A stretch of DNA of 64,000 bases, from NCBI GenBank assembly GCA_040006915.1, contig JBDTWD010000001.1:34229-98228 (forward strand), written 5' to 3'. Origin of the DNA: Candidatus Woesebacteria bacterium. Its GTDB lineage: Bacteria; Patescibacteriota; Microgenomatia; UBA1400; UBA12028. A program made the position numbers and the translations under genes. A model generated the notes under the pieces. The model saw nothing but the letters and a program-made list of their open reading frames with translations. It was not told where the DNA came from and ran no database searches. Below, one piece after another: positions 28,428 to 37,600 of the stretch. Numbering within the stretch: the first letter of the stretch is position 1; every line of letters begins with the position of its first letter.

Positions 28428-30415
28428 AATTCCAATGACGGCTCTTTGTGTTTTATTCTTGATTTTTTGGCTTTCTTTTGCAGGGATTCTACAAACTCAG
28501 TATACTTTGGATCTAGAATTGACTGGGTCAAGAGGTCATTTCGGAGTCCTAAACGGAGATTCATGACGGTTCGTGGAAGGTAATAGTTGGTCGACAAGAG
28601 TAGCGCGACAGTTACCCCTGTGGCAAAACTCGTTGATGCTAGATCTGTGGTAGGGCTGGAGGCACCGGAAAGTTCAAAAAAGAGCTGTCCATATATACCG
28701 CTTATCGATGCGGCTGTGTAAAGCATTGTTGCTAACAGATATCCGACTGGTGTGAGAGATCGGGTGAGTTTTATAAGTTCAGGTCGCATTTCTTTCATGA
28801 ACACTTCAAATTCTTTTATTTCGGCCTCTCGCTCTTGGAGCATTTTGAGGACCTCTGGGTTCTTAGTCGATGTCAATTCCTTTTCCATGGGTACAGAAAC
28901 CAGAAATGCTTGGGCCGTTTCACTTTCCTTTGTGTACTTGGCAAGATCAAATGCCGGCATATCTCGGTGCGGGAGTGTGGTATCCTCGCTCGTACCTTGG
29001 GCGTGTTGCAGCACGTTTTGAAATGTGTTACTGATGAATTCGACCGCTAGCCGCGGTTTCCCTTTTCGGCCGGCAATGCTCAATGCGGTAAAAATGATCA
29101 GAGCGGTTTGTTCCAAGGAAGAAAGACTGGGGAATGAGGGGCCAAATAATTCACGAACAGAAAGACTATTCTGTCCGTCCCCTGCTTCCAGTACGTCAAG
29201 TAAGGCGCGACTGAGCGGATGGAGAATTTCTTGCTGCTCCTGGATGCTCAGGTTCGGTTTGGATAGAGCGTGTCCGAGTTTGGTAAATACTTCAAACAGT
29301 CGACCGGATTTTTGCGCAAATACTGCCCAATCCCCAACCAGTTTGCCTTGCTTATCATATATCGTGCTCTCTCTTCCGGGATGGTACTGTCCCAGAAGTT
29401 CATTCGTGTACGTTTGCAGTTCGTTGTGGGCGAGTCGGGCATCAATCTCCATTTTGTGTTGTTGGCGTTGGTGCTCACTTATAACATTGTGATACATGTC
29501 TATGGATCCATATCGATCGTAGACTTGTTCAGCTTGTCTAGCGGCGCCAGAACTGCCTTCGCTACTGCGGTTATCAGTTGAAAGACTGCTCTGAGCGATC
29601 ATCCGATCACGAATGGTGAGGGCGGCAATGCCATCATAGTCTAGTCTTGAGGTTGCTACCCATTCATTAACAAATGCTTTGTGCCAAAAACCTTTTAGCT
29701 TTTCGATGGGCTTACCTAGGCTGGCTTGATTCTCAAGGTCCGTGGTATATTCCCGCAACAGTCTTGGTGAATTTTTGGTGATATACGGAGCCAGTACCTT
29801 TCGAGAGGCTCTGGCATCTGGATGGTTGGGAGAAAGATATCCATACGCAATACCGAGAGCAACTAGATCTTCTGCATATGCATTGGCATCATCGGCCGGA
29901 AGTGACTTGAGCAGTACAGAGATATCTTGCATGTTGCCATAGGCATTATCAGTGAACCAGGCTGTAGGGGCATTGAGAGCCTCGTCGGGGATGAGTCGAA
30001 TTGATGTCCCATCGACACTTTTGAAGTTAATACCAATTTCTCTTTCAAAAAAATCCATCATCATGACTTCATGAAAATCATCCAGCTTCCCCGTCATGTA
30101 TGGCAGTACCTTTTCTAAAACCTCTGGTTGGTAAAATTTAATGCGAAAAGATTCTGGTTGTTTTGCACGATCATTTTGATCCGAAACCTTCGGAGTTAAA
30201 AACCTTCTTTGGACATAATGCTTTTTTTGCTTTTCTGAAAGAAGCTCAAATCTCTTTAGAAACTCGGTTGTGCTTTCAGAGATGAGATGAGAAAGTCTTC
30301 TCGGATCACCATCTAAAAAAACAGCCTCTGGAGGACTTCGAAATCTTGACAAGAATGTGGGTTTCTCACTCATAGGTGTATCTGTAGATACTATCGCATT
30401 CTGTCCGAAAACCAT
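28409..30415 (-). CDS. Large hypothetical protein with a C-terminal TM hairpin.
   Basis: 668-aa ORF with two hydrophobic helices near the C-terminus (LTPVGYLLATMLYTAASISGIYGQLFF, ATGVTVALLLSTNYYL). It is co-directional and overlaps the neighbouring genes. Confidence 0.5.
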   Translation of the reverse strand: MVFGQNAIVSTDTPMSEKPTFLSRFRSPPEAVFLDGDPRRLSHLISESTTEFLKRFELLSEKQKKHYVQRRFLTPKVSDQNDRAKQPESFRIKFYQPEVLEKVLPYMTGKLDDFHEVMMMDFFEREIGINFKSVDGTSIRLIPDEALNAPTAWFTDNAYGNMQDISVLLKSLPADDANAYAEDLVALGIAYGYLSPNHPDARASRKVLAPYITKNSPRLLREYTTDLENQASLGKPIEKLKGFWHKAFVNEWVATSRLDYDGIAALTIRDRMIAQSSLSTDNRSSEGSSGAARQAEQVYDRYGSIDMYHNVISEHQRQQHKMEIDARLAHNELQTYTNELLGQYHPGRESTIYDKQGKLVGDWAVFAQKSGRLFEVFTKLGHALSKPNLSIQEQQEILHPLSRALLDVLEAGDGQNSLSVRELFGPSFPSLSSLEQTALIIFTALSIAGRKGKPRLAVEFISNTFQNVLQHAQGTSEDTTLPHRDMPAFDLAKYTKESETAQAFLVSVPMEKELTSTKNPEVLKMLQEREAEIKEFEVFMKEMRPELIKLTRSLTPVGYLLATMLYTAASISGIYGQLFFELSGASSPTTDLASTSFATGVTVALLLSTNYYLPRTVMNLRLGLRNDLLTQSILDPKYTEFVESLQKKAKKSRIKHKEPSLELCCLCL

Positions 30416-30451
30416 AGATGAGGTAATTCTTTTTGTATCAGAGGCAGCGGT

Positions 30452-31057
30452 CTATTTGGACGGTGTGGAAAAAAGCGTCTCTGGGTTGATGGGAATTCCA
30501 TAGACTCTGATTTCAAAATGGAGATGTGGCCCCGTCGACCACCCGCTGCTTCCTCTGGTTCCAATGATTTGTCCTGCAGAAACTTCCTGTCCCTTTGAGG
30601 CGGAAATGGTTTGGAGATGGGCATACAGAGAAGAGAGATTGTCACCATGATCGATGATGACATGAGTTCCATATCCCCACCCTATTTCGTCTGTAGAGAT
30701 GACGGTGCCTTTGAAGAATGCATGGATAGGATCTCCTTCCTTTCCCGCGATATCGATACCGGTATGAAATGGTTGGTATGGGAGATCTGAGTCTCCAAAT
30801 TGGAGTGTTACCCGTCCTGGTACTGGCCAGATGAATGGACCGGAGATTGTTTTGGACACTGTTCCATTGAGGGGGTTTTTAATTTCCAGGGTTTGGGTAC
30901 TGACCGTTGCTAATTGATCGGAAACAACTTGGACGCCGGTATGGGTAAGAGCGATAATGGCAATGAATGGGAGAGAAATAACCAGGATAAATGCCATTGC
31001 AACATAGGTCAGTTCTTGTTTGAAGGAAACGAGAGAAAGAATGAGATGTGGGTTCAT
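30452..31057 (-). CDS. M23 family (LytM-like) metallopeptidase with an N-terminal TM anchor.
   Basis: HTGIDIAGKEGDPIH ... HLHFEIR carries the HxxxD and HxH zinc motifs of M23 peptidases. Confidence 0.85.
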   Translation of the reverse strand: MNPHLILSLVSFKQELTYVAMAFILVISLPFIAIIALTHTGVQVVSDQLATVSTQTLEIKNPLNGTVSKTISGPFIWPVPGRVTLQFGDSDLPYQPFHTGIDIAGKEGDPIHAFFKGTVISTDEIGWGYGTHVIIDHGDNLSSLYAHLQTISASKGQEVSAGQIIGTRGSSGWSTGPHLHFEIRVYGIPINPETLFSTPSK

Positions 31058-31214
31058 GAAGATATGATGTGGTTTGACACGAATTATACCCTACCCTATA
31101 CAGTCCCCTGTGGATGTGAAAGAGGCAGGGGTATTAAGCCCTGCCTCATGGTGAGTGAGAGATCGCTTGAGGCAATTGTTGTTGCAACAGCAATCAGTCA
31201 CGCGTCGATAGGAG

Positions 31215-31556
31215 TTAATAGGATGGAACTCCTTGAAGAGAGTACAAGACAGCGATGATAAGGCTATCCTGGAGAATGAACTGCGTACTGACAATTTCGT
31301 ACCCGTGCCGACGCAGATACATCAGTATCCTGCCTGCGATTTCCGCGTCGTTATTCTCCAACTCGTGTAGCTCGGCGGAAAAGGTCATTTCGTTGAAACT
31401 GACTACGTTGCGGATCTCGGCGTGTTCAGCGTATGATTGTGCCAGTTTGAGGCACTTCTCGATCAGTCCAGTTTCCGTGGTTTGTAACCACGGTGTTCCG
31501 GCTGAGGTAAAGCCTGCCGGCACTTTCAAGAGTACAGTTTCCGTATTACTTCCCAT
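31215..31556 (-). CDS. Hypothetical small protein.
   Basis: 113-aa ORF. Weak call. Confidence 0.3.
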   Translation of the reverse strand: MGSNTETVLLKVPAGFTSAGTPWLQTTETGLIEKCLKLAQSYAEHAEIRNVVSFNEMTFSAELHELENNDAEIAGRILMYLRRHGYEIVSTQFILQDSLIIAVLYSLQGVPSY

Positions 31557-31822
31557 CCAAAAATTCTCCCTATCGACTACGCTTCCTATTTCTCTTCATA
31601 TGAAGAGTCCCTCGAGTTGAGGGAAAAGGAGCATGTAAAAGAACTTGGGTAGTATATCAGAAAATGGGGACAATATCTATTATAGGACGATATGAAAAAC
31701 CCACCAGTGACGGCGGGGCTCATTCTTCTCCAACGATCCAACCATAAAAATATGGTATACGAGGCGGTGTAAACTAGCGGTGGCGATATGTTAAGAAAGA
31801 GTAAGGCGAGATGAATATCCAG

Positions 31823-32473
31823 TTAGCTGCGGGGAACACGTACAACGTCACCCACCCACATATATCCAAATTCTTTCTGGTTTTGAAAGGCTTCTCCCAG
31901 TTCTGGATCAATGTTGGTTAAATGTTTTTTTAATCGAGAGGCTCCAACCCACACGTTAGGGCGATGAATATCTGCCTTATATGCGGGAATGTCCCAGATT
32001 TCAAACAGTATGCGCTCAAAAGTGATAACCCTGTTAGGGTTTTGTAACAGGAGATGAAACAATCTAAACATTTTTACAGGCATCGGTGCCCTCAATATCT
32101 CGTCATTATAAGTGATGGACAGATATTCTGAGCAGACACGAAACTCTTTATCTTCGCTCAAACGAATGAGGTATTCACCCTCTGAGTTTTGTCGCTCATT
32201 TTTTGCTTCTGCCAACTGTGCAGACAGCATGTTTTTTTCTATTCCCAGTTGAATGATTTCTTCTTCTTGGTCGTCAATGATCCCTTTTAACAGATCGTAG
32301 AGATCTACCAGCTCTTCAGTTTCTTTTTTGGATGTTTTATTTTCCCGTCTGATTTTTGCGGACAATACTTTAATTAGTGCTGCCTGGGCTTTGATGATGA
32401 CGTCAGGAGTCATTGATTCTGTTGTTTTTGGTTCGGTTTTGCGAGAGAGTCTTTCCATACAAATAATACTCAA
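31823..32473 (-). CDS. OmpR/PhoB-type winged-helix DNA-binding protein (trans_reg_C domain) with no receiver domain. The N-terminus is coiled-coil.
   Basis: The C-terminal ~100 aa (VKMFRLFHLLLQNPNRVITFERILFEIWD ... GYMWVGD) match the OmpR effector domain. The N-terminal ~110 aa are charged coiled-coil with no Asp-pocket motifs. Confidence 0.65.
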   Translation of the reverse strand: MSIICMERLSRKTEPKTTESMTPDVIIKAQAALIKVLSAKIRRENKTSKKETEELVDLYDLLKGIIDDQEEEIIQLGIEKNMLSAQLAEAKNERQNSEGEYLIRLSEDKEFRVCSEYLSITYNDEILRAPMPVKMFRLFHLLLQNPNRVITFERILFEIWDIPAYKADIHRPNVWVGASRLKKHLTNIDPELGEAFQNQKEFGYMWVGDVVRVPRS

Positions 32474-32609
32474 ATATCAATTATATTGAGGCATTTTACG
32501 ACAAGTTGGACAAAAAAGCTATTCCGTCCAATACACTCGGATTAAGTACCGCCAACTTCAGACTGTTCCCCTACCCAAGTGAAGGTAAATCATTACTTTC
32601 TAATAGGCT

Positions 32610-33410
32610 TTGATATACTATGTGCTAGTATTTTTATTTACTTTTACATATATGGCATTTACCAGCGAACGTATAATTATTCCCCTTGGGAAAGGAGAGG
32701 AAGAAAATCGATTTATTCTTCTGTATAAACGAGCGATGGATTCAAAAGAAGAGCGGAGAATAAAGAAAGAAGTTGAGGAGATACGAGAATATCTGGCTCA
32801 AAAAATTGTTTCCAAGAAGTTGACCTACGAAGGATTTAAAGATATATATCTTGACTCTCCGCATACCAAAGAGCTTTTCTCGATGCTTCACAAGTCTGCC
32901 GAAGGCTTTAGTGAAAACATAGATGATTTATTTCAGGCGATATCGAATATGAATGAGAACCCGGATTCAGAAATTACCCTCGGACTTGTTGTAGATTTTC
33001 TCATGTCACATCATGCGCAGATTAGAGATGATCAGCTGACCGGTACTTTTGAAGATATGGCAGAACGTACCGAAAGAATACGTGCACTAGAGCACATGAT
33101 TGATGATGACACGTTTGAGGAATTGATTGAAATGGGATTTATGGTTAAGAGATTTGATATCGATGAAGAAACGGATGTCCTCCTTATTGCTGGGAATCAG
33201 CAAATGAGTCATACGATTGAAGAATTACAAAACAGCGTATACCGGCGCCACTATGATTCTGAAGGAAGAGAATTAAGTTATAGTATTCCCACAGTAAACA
33301 CGGATCTTATTTATGAGCTTGGAGAGCAGAAGAAGCTTGTTGATGTCTTGTTACAGATTAAGAAGGATAGTGTGAATGGCATCGGATATGTCATGCGGGA
33401 TAGGCAATAG
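32610..33410 (+). CDS. Hypothetical protein.
   Basis: 266-aa acidic ORF. Confidence 0.45.
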   Translation: MIYYVLVFLFTFTYMAFTSERIIIPLGKGEEENRFILLYKRAMDSKEERRIKKEVEEIREYLAQKIVSKKLTYEGFKDIYLDSPHTKELFSMLHKSAEGFSENIDDLFQAISNMNENPDSEITLGLVVDFLMSHHAQIRDDQLTGTFEDMAERTERIRALEHMIDDDTFEELIEMGFMVKRFDIDEETDVLLIAGNQQMSHTIEELQNSVYRRHYDSEGRELSYSIPTVNTDLIYELGEQKKLVDVLLQIKKDSVNGIGYVMRDRQ

Positions 33411-33483
33411 CCGATTGAAAGATGTAAGAGCAAATATTTCAACGTTTGTTACCGAAAGAAGCTGACTACACTTTCTAACACAT

Positions 33484-34659
33484 TTACATTGCGGCTCGAA
33501 GCTGATCTTGTGCATCTTGTAGCGATTGCCAGGAGCCTATCGCTATGGCAAGCAGCATTTGTCCATCAGCAGATTGTGCGTCGATAACGATGCCTTTTTG
33601 AGTTTCGTCACCTTCATAGAACATTTCAAGTTTTTTAAGGACTGAATTGAGCATCTCATCGCTTCTTTCAATCCTTTCATCACTCCAGTTTGCAAAATTG
33701 AGCAAAATGTCTTTATCTGTATCTGAGAGCGTTTCATTCACATCGCTATTATACAAAGTAGCTGCAATGTATTGAAGCTCTTCTATTGAGAGTTCGATCC
33801 TTACGGGAGATTCTTTTCGTTCAGTATCCTCCTGTATGTGTGAATCACGGGTATGCAATCCGATAGGTCGTAGCGTTTGAGTATATTCGACAATTTCATC
33901 CCAAGTCATTCCTTGATACGCTGGAATTTGATTCATTCTTCGATAGATATCTTCAAGTTCAGCGAAACTTTCAAATTGTAAGAGTTCCTTTTCTGTAAAG
34001 GGGATGGAAACTTCATTCTGTCGCTGTGCTGAGATAATATCAATTCCTCGGCGGAGTTTCCTTTCAGCTCCTTTCCAATTTTGTTTTAGACCCATTTTTA
34101 TCTGTCCTTCTGTGTATGGGAAGTCAGGATCATCTTTACGCCCCAAGAAGACATATTCATAGATCGCTTCCCGTACGCTAGCTCTTTCAGCTTGAACTGT
34201 AATCAATCGCAAAGTAATAAGCGACGCAATGTATTGAATATTTGTTAAGTTGTGTTTTGACTCTCGATACTCTCTAGTATCTACTGCTGGAGAGTTTACG
34301 GGTGAATCAATGGAATCATTTACTTCCTCGAATTGAGTAGGAAACGAAGTCACAAAAGAAGCGAAAAATGATGCTGGAATCTCTTCTGTAATACCAAATT
34401 CTTGCAGGATTGCGACTACTTTTAGAGCAAATTCGTTGATAAGCCGCTGGTAATTTTCCTGTCGTAAGGCAGAATCGGAAGATAATAGCTCGGCCTCTAT
34501 TTGAATTTCTTTAGCCTCTGTGTATTTTTTTTGGCGGATTAACGTCGAGACTTCGGTATATAGACCAGCTGATTGTTCGGCAAGTGCTGTTGCCTTATCA
34601 AGGAGAAATTGTTTTGCAATTTCATCAGCGATGATTTGAAAGAATTCATTTTTTGCCAT
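33484..34659 (-). CDS. Hypothetical protein, immediately downstream of the SNF2-sigma fusion gene (35-nt gap).
   Basis: 391-aa ORF with no recognisable motifs. Confidence 0.45.
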   Translation of the reverse strand: MAKNEFFQIIADEIAKQFLLDKATALAEQSAGLYTEVSTLIRQKKYTEAKEIQIEAELLSSDSALRQENYQRLINEFALKVVAILQEFGITEEIPASFFASFVTSFPTQFEEVNDSIDSPVNSPAVDTREYRESKHNLTNIQYIASLITLRLITVQAERASVREAIYEYVFLGRKDDPDFPYTEGQIKMGLKQNWKGAERKLRRGIDIISAQRQNEVSIPFTEKELLQFESFAELEDIYRRMNQIPAYQGMTWDEIVEYTQTLRPIGLHTRDSHIQEDTERKESPVRIELSIEELQYIAATLYNSDVNETLSDTDKDILLNFANWSDERIERSDEMLNSVLKKLEMFYEGDETQKGIVIDAQSADGQMLLAIAIGSWQSLQDAQDQLRAAM

Positions 34660-34694
34660 ATTTTTATCCTAGTTTGATACCGTATGATACTAAA

Positions 34695-37600
34695 TCACTC
34701 GCGATTTGCAAGATCATCTCCCTCAAGAATTCGAAGGGCTTTTCGTAAACGAGTATCGACTTGCTCTGTACTCATGTTTAGGTACTCTGCGACACGTTCA
34801 ATTTGATACACACCGAACGTATATCCAAATCCAAAAAAGAGAGAAACAACTTCCTGCGTGTGGGCATCGAATTGATGTTTGTTTTGCTCAAACAAAGAAC
34901 TAATGTGCTGCGGATTCAGACGGGGGAAGTATCGAAGGCGGTCGATAAGATTCTCATTTGTATCTGCTTCTTTCATCGGAAGAATATTCCATAGTTTGAT
35001 ACGCGCTTCATATAAATGGCTGACAACCTCGAGTTCGGTAATTCCAAGTTCATGAGCAATCATTTCATTTGTTAATTGGATATAGAGGTTTCGATATGCG
35101 ACTCGAGCAGTCATTCTGTTTAATGTAAAGATTGCTTCGACCAATGGCTCAGTTAATTGTTCATTTCGTCGATTTTCAAAATGAATCTTGTCATCATCTT
35201 TTCCATTTCTTAAGGCGTCGAGTTGTTCGTAAATGGGAGTCAGGGCAAATCTGATTTTATTAAGCGCTTTCTCTTCTACCTGTCTAATTCGTTCGCGGGA
35301 TACTTCATATTCTTCACCAATTTCTTCAAGCGTTTTTGTGTCATCATTCATGATGTGTTCGTTAAGGATGGTTTGTTCACGTTCAGTCAGATATTTTGTC
35401 AAAATTGGTGTAATTTGTTCATGAAGAAGTCGTTCATCGTATGACTCTGTTACTTCATGTTCGACACTGCGAAGCAGTGAAGGAACAAAATTATAAAGAC
35501 TTTCACCATCATCGTCCTCAAGTACGGAAGCGTCTAAAGATTGGATCGGGGCAGAACTGACAAGCATAGATTCTATTTCTTTGGCAGTGATTCCAACAAA
35601 TTGTTTGGGATAGCGCTTGAGCAGTTCCTCTGTTAATGCTTCAAAGCTTGGAGTCTCTCCAGTTTCTTGTAGAATTTGTGTCTGGACTTTCCGGATATTT
35701 GGCAACTTTTCAGACATATGAACTGGAATACGAATTGTTCTCCCTGTGTCGTGAACAGATCTTTGCATATACTGCCGAATCCAGAAGACTGCATAGGTTG
35801 AGAATTTCAATCCTCGTTCATGATCGTACAACTCGGCTGCACGTAGAAGTCCAAGATTTCCTTCTTGAATTAAGTCGAGAGAAGTAGTTCCGTGTCCGAC
35901 GTATCTACTTACATATTTAAGAACCAGTCGGTAATTTGAATTGACGAGTTTTTGATATGCCTCTTCACCAGCTGCAACAGTAGAAGCTAAGTGGCTCATT
36001 TCCGGAGGAATCTGCTCACCATAGGAAGAAAGAAGCGCGAGAGCCTCTGATCCTTCTTTCATTGTTTGTCCCAGATCGAGCTCATCTTCAAAAGTAAGAA
36101 GTGGGAATTGATGTACTTCATCTTCATATGCTTTCACAATAGAAATTGTGCTTTCGGAAAAATCGCTATCGTCGACGTCTCCATCTTCTGAAGTTCGTTG
36201 TTCAGCTCGTTTACGTGCTGCAAAATTTGCCTTGTTCATCCATACGGAGAGTTCTTGGTTATATCTCTCTTCAGCGTCTTCCTCTTCTGCACTGGCCATA
36301 CCGTACGATGATTCGATAAAATCAATATCATCTTCCCAGGGACGTTTTTTCTTTTTTGTATATTCGGAGGGCAGAGATTGTAATAATGTCGCTTGTGTCA
36401 GCGAGAAACGTAGAGGTTGATCACTTGTATCCTGTATGATCTCTTTGTAGAAGTCGGGTGGTTCAACAAAGTAGAGTCCATCAATAATACGATCAGAAGT
36501 TGAGAGCTCATTGTACATACGTGTGACAATGCGTTCGTCATAGGTTCCACGTGCGCGGTTAAGGATGTCTCCTGTGACAAACGGAACGTAAATCGTCACG
36601 TCTCGTGTTTGCCCATACCGATGGATACGGTCAACTGCTTGTATATATTTTGATACCGTGTTGGGAGAAACAAATAAGATAACTTCCGTCGCATTGTTCT
36701 CAGGAGAGCATAAGGTGATTGACTCCCCTGCGGTTTGATAGTTTCCAATGATAACGTCCAAACTCTTCTCATCTGAGAATGGGAGTTTAAATCGATCCTG
36801 CTTTACGGTTCGATCACTTGGGTCCACTGTGCCATCAAGAAGCCCTATACGAGAAATTCCTTGATCTTTAAGGAAATGGGCAATGTGTGACGTACTCATC
36901 ATTGAGGTATAGCGATCTTCCCCGTGAACAAAAGGAGTAAAGATGACTACCTTCTTCTTGGCTTGTACCAGATCTTTGACTGTATCGGTCAGCCAGGTAT
37001 ATTTTACTTGGTTTTCAAGGGCGAGCGTCGCGTAAAAGTATGCAAATGGATTATCCTTACAGCGTTCTCGCAGTGATGCTTCAATACGTAAAAATTCCTC
37101 TTGATCTGCTTCACTTAAACTTGAGAGAGACAAGGGAATATATCGTGTATGCTTTTCGGGAAGATTTGAAACCTCTTTTTTACGACGACGCAACATAATC
37201 CCACGTAAGGCAGCATGGGCCTCTTCTTCGCTATGAAGGAGCTGTTCGATTGCATCTTTGGTAAAGATATGAGGAGCCGCTAAGTGAGCCAAAATGAGTG
37301 GTTCTTTGGCAGACTTTACATACGGCGTTGCTGTTGCGAGCATGACACGCATTTCTGGATGCTCGCTGATAAAACGGTATAATCCCTTGGTTCGTTGTGC
37401 GGTTATAGATGTATTTTCTGGATCAGCGGTCGATTCAGTTAAAGTAAGATCTTTGGTACGAATATTATGTGCTTCATCAATAATACAAACATCAAATGGA
37501 TGTTTGGAGAGGATGCGCTGCTGAAAAAGAGAATTACGAAATACATCATAATTCACCAGAAGGATGCGTTTACTCTTTCCCTCTCGTTCGAGTGCTTTTT

